42,962 nucleotides of DNA from a virus. Numbering within the stretch: position 1 is the first letter of the stretch; each line of letters begins with the position of its first letter. Below the pieces are notes generated by a model. It was given only the letters and a program-made list of their open reading frames with translations. It was not told the DNA's origin and did not search any database. The stretch lies in IMG/VR virus record IMGVR_UViG_3300031965_000065; one strand, written 5' to 3'. This document shows positions 33,497 to 42,962 of this stretch, in pieces. Both the position numbers and the translations under genes were made by a program.

Positions 33497-35332
33497 ATGG
33501 CACTAAGTAAACCAATACCAATCGAAAAACTAAATCAGGGTGGAATCTCCGATTCTATTTATGCTGGTGCTAGAAACTCGGCAGCAGCCATTGTTGGTTG
33601 GGACTTACACTCAACGGCAGGACTTTTGAAGGTGAGGCAGGCTTTAGCACAGGACGACGGTGACGTTGTTGACGAGTTTTGTAAGGTTGCTTTAGAGTGT
33701 TCAAACGGCGATATTTACTTCTTTTCTTCTGAATCCGGCAAAATCTGGAAAGTGGGATCACCATATACTTTAGTCCACACAACAACACCTAATATGGGAA
33801 GTGCCGCTTGTTTGGGCGCTTGTGAATATGCAGGCTTTATTTACTGGTTTACAGAAGACAGGGGTCACAGGATTCCGGCAAATGACGCAGCTCTTTCAGA
33901 CTGGTCAACAAACGCTCAAGAAGATGTTTTGGAACTAGACTTGGATCAGGCGGCAATAGGGTCAACGGGTGATGTTTATACGCTTACAACCGGAGTGAAC
34001 GAGGGGGCAACACACCAACAGAGCTTTGTTCCATTTGGCTCAAAACTTTCAGCGATTGCGGTTCATATTACTACCGTTGGATCAGGAAATTGGACGGTCG
34101 CCGTTCACGATTCTGACGATACCCTTGTTACTTCAAAAGCCATTTCAAACGGATCACTTTCAACAGGGTTTAATATTTTTGAGTTTGGAACAGTTGCTGA
34201 TGTTTTTTCCGGTGACACTTATCATGTCCACATCTATTCTTCGGTAGCCGACGGTGAGGTAACGGCTTCAGACAACGAAGACCTTGAAACAGGTTATATG
34301 AAAATTCACAGAACGTCCGATTCAGAGTTTCACCCTGCGATTGAACATTTTGGGGTTATGTATATAGGCGACCGGAACTTTATTCATCAAGTCAGAAAAT
34401 CAACAACAGGAAGCCACGTTTTCACCACAGAGGCACTTGACCTTGAAGAACCCTTGCGCGTTAAGTGTTTGGGTAAAGCACCGCTTGATCTTTTAATAGG
34501 AACAATCACAAGCTCAACCCTTGCCAAAACCCAAATGATTAAGTGGAACACTTATTCAGAATCATTTACCTCAACTGACGAGATTCCGGAAGTTGGAATT
34601 AATGCTTTCATTCCTGCGGACAATTTCATTATTGTTCATGCAGGCTTGGGTGGATCACTCTATATATACGACGGTCAGCAACTGCAACCATACAAAAAAA
34701 TTCAGGGGACTTACACTCCGACAGCCAAAGCCACAATTCACCCCAACGCAGTTGGAATGTTGGACGGTATTAGTCTTTTTGGTCTTTCAGACAGTACGGG
34801 CGACCCTGCACTGGAAGGCATATATGCTCTTGGACGATATTCAAGGGACTATCCAATTGTTTACGATCTGAGTTTTCCAGTTTCAGAATATGACGGCGAC
34901 CCTTCCGGAAGCACACTCAAAAACGGAATTGAAATAGGCGCAATTATTGTTTCCGGATACGACGTGTATGTATCTTGGAAGTCGGACAGCAAGTCCGGTG
35001 CGGTTGATAAATTGGATTATTCAACCAAGCTCGACGGTGCTTACATTGATACTATGGTTTTGATTGTTGAACGAAGTGTGCAGCAAAATTACGCCAAGAT
35101 TGCGCTTGGCTATCAAAACAGACCTTCCGGAACTTCGTTTACACTCAAATACGATAAAAACCACGCAGGTAGTTTTACCGAGTTTAATGACGTTCGGGAA
35201 GACACAGACCGTGATATTTACTATGCAGATGACGTTATTCAGGCAAACACTTTACAGGTTAGAATTATTGCAAATACAAGCAGTAATGACGCACCGGACT
35301 TTGAATCGGCTGCGCTATACTTATCTCAATAA
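33497..35332 (+). CDS. large virion (tail/nozzle-type) protein, function unassigned
   Basis: 611-aa ORF in the tail block. Confidence 0.6.
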   Translation: MALSKPIPIEKLNQGGISDSIYAGARNSAAAIVGWDLHSTAGLLKVRQALAQDDGDVVDEFCKVALECSNGDIYFFSSESGKIWKVGSPYTLVHTTTPNMGSAACLGACEYAGFIYWFTEDRGHRIPANDAALSDWSTNAQEDVLELDLDQAAIGSTGDVYTLTTGVNEGATHQQSFVPFGSKLSAIAVHITTVGSGNWTVAVHDSDDTLVTSKAISNGSLSTGFNIFEFGTVADVFSGDTYHVHIYSSVADGEVTASDNEDLETGYMKIHRTSDSEFHPAIEHFGVMYIGDRNFIHQVRKSTTGSHVFTTEALDLEEPLRVKCLGKAPLDLLIGTITSSTLAKTQMIKWNTYSESFTSTDEIPEVGINAFIPADNFIIVHAGLGGSLYIYDGQQLQPYKKIQGTYTPTAKATIHPNAVGMLDGISLFGLSDSTGDPALEGIYALGRYSRDYPIVYDLSFPVSEYDGDPSGSTLKNGIEIGAIIVSGYDVYVSWKSDSKSGAVDKLDYSTKLDGAYIDTMVLIVERSVQQNYAKIALGYQNRPSGTSFTLKYDKNHAGSFTEFNDVREDTDRDIYYADDVIQANTLQVRIIANTSSNDAPDFESAALYLSQ

Positions 35333-35838
35333 TGCCGGCAACAATAGACATACCAACAACAAAAGCCTTTTACGAACAGGAACGTGAACCCTTGCCTGAA
35401 AAGATCGAAAGCGTTGTAACTGCTAACAATTTAAGGATAGGCGCAGGGACAGATGTTTTTGCGGTCGGCGGAAGCGGTTTTGTGTTCAGAAGTTCTTTGT
35501 CGGAATCAACAGTTTCGAGTTTTGGCAACGGAAGTCAGGTCATAAATCAGGTCAAAGTTACCAACAATAATAATAAAAACATTATTGCAATAGTTGAAAG
35601 GACTATTTATGTTGACAACGACGGCGAAGCGGGCGATATTTTGATCGGTGGGGCAAATATTGACGAAAGTGAGTGGCAAATAATCGGAAACAATTTTTCA
35701 ATAATTGACACTTCCGGCAACACAACAGGCTCAAACCAGTTGACTAATCACTTGTATATCAGAAACATATCGGCAGGGACGGTTACTTTATACATTGATG
35801 TTTATGTAAGATATATAATTAACACCAACGCAAGCTAA
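35332..35838 (+). CDS. hypothetical virion protein
   Basis: 168-aa ORF with TAATG-type coupling. Confidence 0.6.
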   Translation: MPATIDIPTTKAFYEQEREPLPEKIESVVTANNLRIGAGTDVFAVGGSGFVFRSSLSESTVSSFGNGSQVINQVKVTNNNNKNIIAIVERTIYVDNDGEAGDILIGGANIDESEWQIIGNNFSIIDTSGNTTGSNQLTNHLYIRNISAGTVTLYIDVYVRYIINTNAS

Positions 35839-36080
35839 TGAAAACAACAGTAATAGTAGGCAAAGACAAGGAGTTTGAAGAAGAAGTGAGGGTGAAAGAA
35901 TACCCTTCAGGAAAGCGTGTCATTGAATCCGGTGACGCACAAAATATTATAAAAGGCGAAAGACCGGCTAAAAATGTTACCACAATGGTCACGGCGTCCG
36001 AACGCAAAAAAATAAGAAAAGAGCCTAACAAGTTCGCCTTGAAGGACAACCGACTTGTTCCGAAAGGGAAAAACAAATAA
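35838..36080 (+). CDS. hypothetical basic protein
   Basis: 80-aa ORF. Confidence 0.5.
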   Translation: MKTTVIVGKDKEFEEEVRVKEYPSGKRVIESGDAQNIIKGERPAKNVTTMVTASERKKIRKEPNKFALKDNRLVPKGKNK

Positions 36081-36089
36081 GATAATACT

Positions 36090-37619
36090 ATGGCAAGCAC
36101 ACAACAATTAATAGATCAAGGGTACGGTGGGTATGCTGGGTGGGGTGACGCCGAGGCTGCTGCCGATTTTGCCGCAACGGGTGGTAGTGGTAAGTTTACG
36201 GGTGGTAGTGGCTCAACTCCAACAGATTCCGGACAAGTAACAGACTTTCTTAATATTTATCAAAAAAATCTCCTCAATAAGTCAACTGACCCTGCGCTTC
36301 AATCTTTAGTTTCAACTTATGCACCAAATTTAACACCTCTTTTGAACGCCCAAACAAGCCAAAGTGGGCAGGGTGGTTATGTTATCAAAGAAGAATATGC
36401 AGGGAAAAGTCTTAATCAAATCAGAAATGAACAAAACCTTGCATTTAGACCTGATGTTTTGGCTAGTCAGCTTGGTATTGATGAAAACAAACCCCTATCT
36501 TCAGAAGATATTATCGGTTTGGGAAGTTTGAATTTGGGCGATTCCGGAAGCGGAGAGGTTCAAAACTTCAATAAACTTTTTGGAACATACACACCACCTG
36601 CGCCCGAAGTTACAGAAACAGGCGCAACCGGCGCAGCCGGACTTCCACAACCTATTAACCGTGTTGAGGAGTTTTTGAAGCTAAGACAGGAAATGGGTGT
36701 TACAGATATGGAAGGTTTTTTGGTTGACCTTAAGGCAGAACAGGAATTTTTGTTTGCAGAAATGCGAGCAAGAACCAACCGTGAACGTGGAGAGATTGTC
36801 CCACAGGGCGTAATTGAGGGGCGTGTCGGCAAGATCGAGCAACAGCAAATGGAACGGATTGATAATGTTCGTAGGCTTATTCAAACCGCCACCGACCAGC
36901 TAAATGTAGCTTACGGGGTTATTTCAACCTATATCAACTATATGGGTCAGGATTACCAAGACGCCGTGAACGCTTACAATGATAATTTTAATCGCGCAAT
37001 TACTATTTATGGCTTGATCTCAGACGCCAAAAAAGCACAGGTTGAGGAAGCAAGGTTTACAACACAACTTCAAATAGATCAGATTCAATATGAGCAAAAC
37101 ATAGCCAGTGCCAATTTGCAGACAATGATTAACGCAGTGACCGCAGGCAACTTGAATTATAACGATCTGCCAAGTGAGCAAAAATCTATGATAATGAAAC
37201 TTGAAGCACAATCGGGATTGCCGGTCGGGTTCACAAGTAGTCTAAAAATGAATCCAAAAGACCAAGTATTATTCCAAAGCTCAAATGAGGGAATTACCCA
37301 AGTTGGATTCATACAACCGGACGGATCGGTTAGGGTTGAAAAATATGGAACAAGAATCTCAAGCGGCGGCAAGTCAGTGACAGAAAAAGCGGCAGAGCAA
37401 AAACAAAGTGCTTTTGTTGACGCGCGAAGTTTCCTCAGCGAAAAGGGTGGTGAAGACGGGTATGTGTCGCCGGACGAGTGGAACGCAGTTAAAAGTGAAT
37501 GGGTGCAGGCAGGTTATGAAGCCACAGACTTTGACAGCGCCTTCAGATACACATATGTCGGGGACAATTACAGAGAAGACGGAACGAATTTTGACCAGTT
37601 CAATTTAACTGAAGAATAA
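36090..37619 (+). CDS. putative internal virion protein (Gly-rich N-terminus, coiled-coil centre)
   Basis: 509-aa ORF. Confidence 0.6.
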   Translation: MASTQQLIDQGYGGYAGWGDAEAAADFAATGGSGKFTGGSGSTPTDSGQVTDFLNIYQKNLLNKSTDPALQSLVSTYAPNLTPLLNAQTSQSGQGGYVIKEEYAGKSLNQIRNEQNLAFRPDVLASQLGIDENKPLSSEDIIGLGSLNLGDSGSGEVQNFNKLFGTYTPPAPEVTETGATGAAGLPQPINRVEEFLKLRQEMGVTDMEGFLVDLKAEQEFLFAEMRARTNRERGEIVPQGVIEGRVGKIEQQQMERIDNVRRLIQTATDQLNVAYGVISTYINYMGQDYQDAVNAYNDNFNRAITIYGLISDAKKAQVEEARFTTQLQIDQIQYEQNIASANLQTMINAVTAGNLNYNDLPSEQKSMIMKLEAQSGLPVGFTSSLKMNPKDQVLFQSSNEGITQVGFIQPDGSVRVEKYGTRISSGGKSVTEKAAEQKQSAFVDARSFLSEKGGEDGYVSPDEWNAVKSEWVQAGYEATDFDSAFRYTYVGDNYREDGTNFDQFNLTEE

Positions 37620-37625
37620 AATGCT

Positions 37626-40277
37626 ATGCCTAGATTTAAGATTCTCACAAGCCTTAACACAGATGAGGACGACGAAAAAGAAAAAACTCCGTCCCAGCGA
37701 GCCGGTGACGTAGAAGAAGAAAAACAGGAAAAACAGCAAGAATATAAAGTCCTCAAAGGACTTAACGACTACAAACCCCGTCAAGAACAACCCAAAGTTG
37801 AAGAACCAGAAGAACAGGAAGACGAACGCTTGTTCACTAAAATCAAAAGAAAAATATCAGAGTTTTTTGGCGGCGACGAGGAAAAAGAAGAAGAACCCGA
37901 AGAAGAATTACCGGAGTTTTCCAGCGTTGAATCCGGTGTTTTGGACGAACTTGTGTTTTCTGATGAAGAAGACGGTCAGGCGATCAGGGTTGTTGACGAC
38001 GCTATCACTTTTCAAAACGCCGACGTTCAAGACCTTTTTGTAAGAGAAATTGAAATTGATAAACAAGACAGTAGGGTTTATGACACCGCAATAGGTGAGG
38101 CAGGCGGCGCTTTTGTTGCCGGAGTTGGTGACGTAACTGCCGGAACGGGGCAAGCGCTTCGTTGGTTGGGCGCTGACGGAATGGCACAAAAATTAATCGA
38201 CAAGGGCGGCGAATGGCAATCTTTCCAGCCCGAACTTGATCCGGAATTAGAGGAGTTTGACTTCAAAGATATGACTAACCCTCGATTTTATACTCAACAG
38301 GTTGCTCGTGGAGTTCCATTTACACTTGCCACAATTCCTATGTTTTTGGCTGGTGCTTATGTAACAACAGCCGGAGTTGCTTATGTTGGTGTTTCGGGAA
38401 CGTCAGCACTTATTCTTCAAACGATCGGCGCTGCCGCCCTGCCAACGGCATTTGAGGCTTCGGTTGAAGCAGGAAATGCTTATGACCGTTCGCTTAATGA
38501 GGGTAAGTCAGCAAAAGAAGCCAATGACGCAGCCAACCAAATTTTCAAAGGGAACGTCAATCTTTTGAGCGTGTCAAATGCTTTACAGTTTTTACCTTTC
38601 CTGCGAAACACAAAAGCAGACGACGCTATTATAAATAGGATCATTTCCGCAAACACCGGCTGGGTTAAAAAAACAGCAACCGGAATTGGTATTGCCGGAT
38701 TTGAAGTAGGACAAGAAGGGACTGAGGAAGTGCTGCAAAGCAAGATTTCAGCAGACGTTTTGGGTGATGATTTCAGCTTTACCAGTTCAGACACACAGAG
38801 GGATTTCGTTTTGGGTGGAGTTCAAGGATTGTTCTTCACAGCCGGCGGAACGGTAATTGACGCCTCAACCGGAAGAAACGTAACCAAAGAATTTGTTGAC
38901 ATTGGAATTGCCGACGCCCAAAACACTGTCCGTGAGATTGAAGACAGTGTGATTATAAAAGCAGACGCAGACACAAGGGTTCAAGAAGAAGGGCGTTCTG
39001 CGGTTTTAACTGATATAGCCAAAAACCAACCGGAGATCGTAAGGGAAGAAACAATCCGGATTGTTGGTGAGAAGATCGCACAGGAAGAAACACAACAGCC
39101 CCAAAAACCAGAACCCAAGAGACGAGAAATAATCAAGGCAGACAAATCAAAATATGAAGGTGTTAATGCTGCACAGGCGGTTATCCGTCCGGACAACACA
39201 GTTGCCTTAGATGTTGATATGGATAAAAGCGCGCAGGGCAAAGGACAGGGAACGGCTATTGTCCGCGAGCTGGAAGAAAAAGCTATTGAAAAAGGCGTAA
39301 CGCGCGCAGTCCTTCCGGCAAAAGAAGAAGCCGTCGGGTTTTGGGTGAATATGGGTTATGATCCGGTCGGCGAGATTAAAAACGGTATTCAGCCAATGAC
39401 CAAGCAGTTGTCAGAGGAAAATCTACCTGTTGTGAGGAGTGTCGCCACAAAAACTGAAACAAACAACGAGGTCTTAAAGTTTATGATCAACCAAGAAAGG
39501 GAAAATGCTTATCAAAAATTCTTGACCGAAGGAAACGAAGACACTTTTGAGGGTTTTGTTAAACAATTTAACGAAAGTGTTTTTAACACAGCCACTGGTG
39601 AAATAGTAGAAACTGGTGGAAACGTAGAAATTACCAAACCATTAAGACAAAAACCTGAAAAAGTCGAGGCTACGAAGCCGTCAGAGCCAACGAGAGAGGC
39701 TAAAAAGAAAAAGACGAAGCCTAGTACCCCGAAAGTTGTAAAGATACCCGAATCTCAACTCCCTGTCGGAGGGGGAAAAGAAAAAGTCAGCCGATTAGAG
39801 GCAAGATACCGGAACGCTTTAAACGCCACGCCACAGGAAATTGAGGCACTTGGACTTCCAACTTATCGCCAACTCACTGAAAAAGACAATATCGCAAAAG
39901 CTGCTGAATATGTGGTCAATAACACAGAAGAAGCGTTCAAGGTTGTTGCCGGTCAGATCGAGCCGCCAAAGGGCGTTTTGAGAAACGCAGTAACCGTAGC
40001 GCTTCATCAGTTGGGGAAGGAAGATTCTAATTTGGCAGTAAGAATCGCAACCCTTCCGGCAACGCGTGCCGGTCAGGAAATTGCCATACTCAGAAACATA
40101 CAGCCGGACGATCCGGTGAAACTCATGGAAGATGTTGTTGATGTCCGGATCGAGGCTTATGAAAGAAAAACCGGTGAGAGGGTAACGGAAAAAGTTAAAA
40201 AGGAATCAGGAAAAATTAAAATAGAAACGCCCAAAAAAGCAGATTGGGATTCGTTTTTATCAGAGATTGCCTGCTAA
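37626..40277 (+). CDS. large internal/ejection-type virion protein with acidic N-terminus, transmembrane segments and an embedded GNAT-like acetyltransferase motif
   Basis: 883 aa. Hydrophobic segments: VPFTLATIPMFLAGAYVTTAGVAYVGV and ALILQTIGAAALPTAF. GNAT motif-A-like AQGKGQGTAIVRELEEKAIEKGVTRAVL...AVGFWVNMGY at about nt 39118-39400. Confidence 0.6.
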   Translation: MPRFKILTSLNTDEDDEKEKTPSQRAGDVEEEKQEKQQEYKVLKGLNDYKPRQEQPKVEEPEEQEDERLFTKIKRKISEFFGGDEEKEEEPEEELPEFSSVESGVLDELVFSDEEDGQAIRVVDDAITFQNADVQDLFVREIEIDKQDSRVYDTAIGEAGGAFVAGVGDVTAGTGQALRWLGADGMAQKLIDKGGEWQSFQPELDPELEEFDFKDMTNPRFYTQQVARGVPFTLATIPMFLAGAYVTTAGVAYVGVSGTSALILQTIGAAALPTAFEASVEAGNAYDRSLNEGKSAKEANDAANQIFKGNVNLLSVSNALQFLPFLRNTKADDAIINRIISANTGWVKKTATGIGIAGFEVGQEGTEEVLQSKISADVLGDDFSFTSSDTQRDFVLGGVQGLFFTAGGTVIDASTGRNVTKEFVDIGIADAQNTVREIEDSVIIKADADTRVQEEGRSAVLTDIAKNQPEIVREETIRIVGEKIAQEETQQPQKPEPKRREIIKADKSKYEGVNAAQAVIRPDNTVALDVDMDKSAQGKGQGTAIVRELEEKAIEKGVTRAVLPAKEEAVGFWVNMGYDPVGEIKNGIQPMTKQLSEENLPVVRSVATKTETNNEVLKFMINQERENAYQKFLTEGNEDTFEGFVKQFNESVFNTATGEIVETGGNVEITKPLRQKPEKVEATKPSEPTREAKKKKTKPSTPKVVKIPESQLPVGGGKEKVSRLEARYRNALNATPQEIEALGLPTYRQLTEKDNIAKAAEYVVNNTEEAFKVVAGQIEPPKGVLRNAVTVALHQLGKEDSNLAVRIATLPATRAGQEIAILRNIQPDDPVKLMEDVVDVRIEAYERKTGERVTEKVKKESGKIKIETPKKADWDSFLSEIAC

Positions 40278-40280
40278 CAG

Positions 40281-40715
40281 ATGAAAAAAATTAAATTAAC
40301 AAAAGGAAAATTTGCAGTTGTTGACGAGAAAGATTTTGTCTGGCTTAATCAGTGGAGATGGTGTTTGGGTAACGGTTATGCCGTGAGGAGAGATAATAAA
40401 AACAAAAAAACAATTTATATGCACAGAATAATAAACAAAACAATAAAAGGAATGGAAACAGATCATGTCAACAGAAATAAATTGGACAATCGAAGATTTA
40501 ACTTGAGAACCGTATCAATGTCTAAAAACAAACTTAATACTGGTCTATGGAAACACAACACTAATGGGTATAAAGGAGTTTCAAAAAACAAAAGGGACAA
40601 CAACTGGACTGCTAGAATACAAATAAATAATAAGTTTATTTTTCTTGGCAACTATAAAACGCCAGAACTTGCATACACAGCAAGACTGGCTTATGAAAGG
40701 GGAATTTTGGGGTGA
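40281..40715 (+). CDS. HNH endonuclease with C-terminal AP2 DNA-binding domain
   Basis: METDHVNRNKLDNRRFNLR (HNH_3 pattern) plus GYKGVSKNKRDNNWTARIQINNKFIFLGNYKTPELAYTARLAY (AP2). AT-rich. Confidence 0.8.
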   Translation: MKKIKLTKGKFAVVDEKDFVWLNQWRWCLGNGYAVRRDNKNKKTIYMHRIINKTIKGMETDHVNRNKLDNRRFNLRTVSMSKNKLNTGLWKHNTNGYKGVSKNKRDNNWTARIQINNKFIFLGNYKTPELAYTARLAYERGILG

Positions 40716-42832
40716 GCTGGTGTTTAATTAAATCAGAACAAGACGCTTTCCGCGAAGCGTTGGTTAGCAGAAAACTTGATCCTTTCAAGTTAGCAAACAT
40801 GACCAGTGAACAGCGCCGTGCGGAATTTGAAAAATATGTTGACGGTGAAAACGCGGTCAACATAAATTCTTTGTATGAAAGCAAACTTCTTTTGAAAAAT
40901 CAGGTGCAAGGCTTCAAAACTTGGGTAAAACGTGCGCTTCAGGACGGCAACGCTAAACAATATAAACGCGACATACTCACTAAAATTGAAAGGCTTAGCG
41001 AAGACAAAATATTAGCGCCGAATGAAGTTGAACTTTTCAAGGAAGACCTGATCCGGACACGTTTGGGTTTGGGCATTTCCTATGAAGAAGCCAAAACCAT
41101 TAACGACCTATCACAAGCAAAAACTGACGCGCGTGAGAAGTGGGAAGACGAAATGAAAGCCCACCCAAACTGGCAGGAAGACCCCAAAGGAACTCGCGAT
41201 CAGTGGGTCAACAGCGACAAAAGAATTGAATATGGTCTTCATCAAGTTGCCCTGCAAAACTATGTCAACGGACTAAAAAGCGAAGCCAAAAAGATTCCGT
41301 TCAAACAATATCCACTGCTTGCCACAAAAGAAGCCATTAAGTCTGTCCCTAACGTAGCTAAGTCTTTAATATCTTCGCTTGACGACAGCTTCTTTGGACG
41401 ACAAGGAATCAAAAACCTGTATGGTTCGCGTGAGCAAAAAAGAGTGTGGGTGCGTGATTTTGCCAAATCATTCAGGGATATTAACAACGAACTTCTGGCA
41501 AAAAAAATTGACGGATTTGAAACTATGGACTTGATCCGCGCAGACATCTTCTCACGACCAAACGCGATTGACGGTAAATATAAAGCAGGAAACTTTGGTC
41601 TTGATATAGCCTTTGAAGAACCGTTCCCAACCTCACTTCCGGAAAGAATACCGGCTTTGGGAAGATTATACAAGGCGTCAGAAACCGCTTTTTCCGGTGG
41701 TGCGCTTCGTATGCGCGCAGACCTTGCAGACATTTATATCTCAATGGCTGAAAAGAACAAGATTAATATGCTTGATCCGGATAATGCCCGACCGCTTGGA
41801 CACTTGGTTGGATCACTTACCGGACGCGGAAGTTTGGGAAGACTTACTCCTTTTTCAAGGGGATTAAACCTTGTGCTTTGGTCGGCAAGGTTCTTTGCAG
41901 CCAATCTTCAAACACTAACCTCGCCAGTAACATACACAGCTTCCAAAATCGGAATAATTGAAAAAGGATCAAAAGGTCAACAGCTTGCAAGAAAAGAAGC
42001 GGCTAAAAATATGCTGAGTATTGCAGCACACGTTGCCGGACTCTATATGATCGCCGGATTCCTTGATCCGGAAAGCGTTGACAAAGACCCACGCAGTACA
42101 AACTTCGGAAGAATAAAAGTGTTTGACAAATGGGTTGATGTAACGGGCGGCATGCGAACAATCGCCACACTTGCGGCAAGAACAGTCCCAACAAAACGAA
42201 ACGGAGAGTGGGGTTTTTGGTATAAATCTTCGACCGGAAACTGGACGAACTTATATAAGCCCGAATACGGGCAAGCAGACGCGGTTGATGTTATCGTTGA
42301 CACAATTGCACTAAACAGGCTTGCACCAATTGGCGCGGTAATTCGTGATATGTATAGAGGCGAAATGTTTGGCGGCGATCCTTTTAATATTCAACAATTA
42401 ATTATCAATTCCACAATTCCACTTTCAATACAAAATTTGTATGAGCTTCGGGAAGAAAGCTGGACAGCGATATTGGCACTAAGTCTTGCAGAGCTTTCCG
42501 GATTCGGCGTTTCGGCTTACGAGTATAAATCTAATTGGGAACAACGAACAAGCAAAACAATGACTGAGTTCAGGGAACAAGTAGGGCAAGATAAGTTTAA
42601 GCAGGCAAATGAAGACTACAACCGAGCATATAACGTTTGGTTGGAAGAAGTTGAAAAGGATTCAAAATATAAAAACCTAACAGACGAAGGAAGGAAAGAT
42701 TTGAAATCAAAAGCACGTTCTGCGATCGAAGACAAAATACTGGACGAGTACGGGTATAAAGAGCCAAAGAAGGAAAGTGAAACCAGAGAAGAAAAAAAGG
42801 AAAAAAAGACTATTAAGAAATTGCTACCTTGA
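40712..42832 (+). CDS. large internal/ejection-type virion protein
   Basis: 706-aa ORF. The GTG start overlaps the HNH stop by 4 nt. Hydrophobic segments in the centre (MLSIAAHVAGLYMIAGFL). Confidence 0.6.
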   Translation: MSWCLIKSEQDAFREALVSRKLDPFKLANMTSEQRRAEFEKYVDGENAVNINSLYESKLLLKNQVQGFKTWVKRALQDGNAKQYKRDILTKIERLSEDKILAPNEVELFKEDLIRTRLGLGISYEEAKTINDLSQAKTDAREKWEDEMKAHPNWQEDPKGTRDQWVNSDKRIEYGLHQVALQNYVNGLKSEAKKIPFKQYPLLATKEAIKSVPNVAKSLISSLDDSFFGRQGIKNLYGSREQKRVWVRDFAKSFRDINNELLAKKIDGFETMDLIRADIFSRPNAIDGKYKAGNFGLDIAFEEPFPTSLPERIPALGRLYKASETAFSGGALRMRADLADIYISMAEKNKINMLDPDNARPLGHLVGSLTGRGSLGRLTPFSRGLNLVLWSARFFAANLQTLTSPVTYTASKIGIIEKGSKGQQLARKEAAKNMLSIAAHVAGLYMIAGFLDPESVDKDPRSTNFGRIKVFDKWVDVTGGMRTIATLAARTVPTKRNGEWGFWYKSSTGNWTNLYKPEYGQADAVDVIVDTIALNRLAPIGAVIRDMYRGEMFGGDPFNIQQLIINSTIPLSIQNLYELREESWTAILALSLAELSGFGVSAYEYKSNWEQRTSKTMTEFREQVGQDKFKQANEDYNRAYNVWLEEVEKDSKYKNLTDEGRKDLKSKARSAIEDKILDEYGYKEPKKESETREEKKEKKTIKKLLP

Positions 42833-42835
42833 CCT

Positions 42836-42962
42836 TTGACAGGAATATATAAAACAAACTAAACTGAACTAATGGAAAATACATGGAACACAATAATTGT
42901 TGCCGCAACTTCTTATGTACTAGGAGTAGCAACAGGATATTACGGTTGCAGTCTTGTTAAGG
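42836..42962. repeat. second copy of the 127-bp terminal repeat
   Basis: Identical to 1..127. Contains the 5' part of the gene at 37..315 (ATG at 42872). Confidence 0.95.

Overview
The window is a complete dsDNA phage genome. Its first 127 bases recur exactly as its last 127 bases (42836..42962). The unique length is therefore 42,835 bp, and the contig is circular or terminally redundant (probably an assembly overlap).

Coding density is very high, with many ATGA/TAATG-type start-stop overlaps. The standard genetic code fits. Many genes are preceded by an unusually G-rich Shine-Dalgarno, AAGGGGGTGA.

There are three transcription blocks:
- Leftward early/replication-accessory operon (12631 down to 3834, minus strand): HTH regulator, DUF669-like SSB candidate, PD-(D/E)XK exonuclease, SF2 helicase, IS200-type Y1 transposase, short C5-methyltransferase-like protein, endonuclease VII, HNH, two tandem sulfotransferases and an RRM RNA-binding protein.
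- Rightward block starting at 12649: split zf-CHC2 / Toprim-helicase primase, an iteron-rich putative origin, a repeat array with a consensus promoter, and small genes.
- Late operon: TerS, TerL, orphan genes, portal, scaffold, major capsid protein, adaptor, fibres and three large internal/ejection-type proteins. It is interrupted by three HNH homing-endonuclease genes.

The late block continues across the circular junction into a lysis cluster (37..3271) with a CHAP lysin, a glycoside-hydrolase-like protein and five small membrane proteins.

No tail tube, sheath or tape-measure gene is recognisable, so the morphology is probably podovirus-like. I could not recognise an integrase, DNA/RNA polymerase, tRNA or CRISPR array.

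Most noteworthy:
- the sulfotransferase pair next to an RRM protein;
- a GNAT-like module inside a membrane-spanning virion protein;
- a fully overlapping divergent promoter pair that predicts leaderless mRNAs;
- a head-tail adaptor gene that appears to start at ATT;
- a three-fold internally repeated His-rich tail-collar fibre;
- a lone Y1 transposase wedged between the helicase and methyltransferase genes.

All functional calls rest on motifs read by eye. No database search was run.
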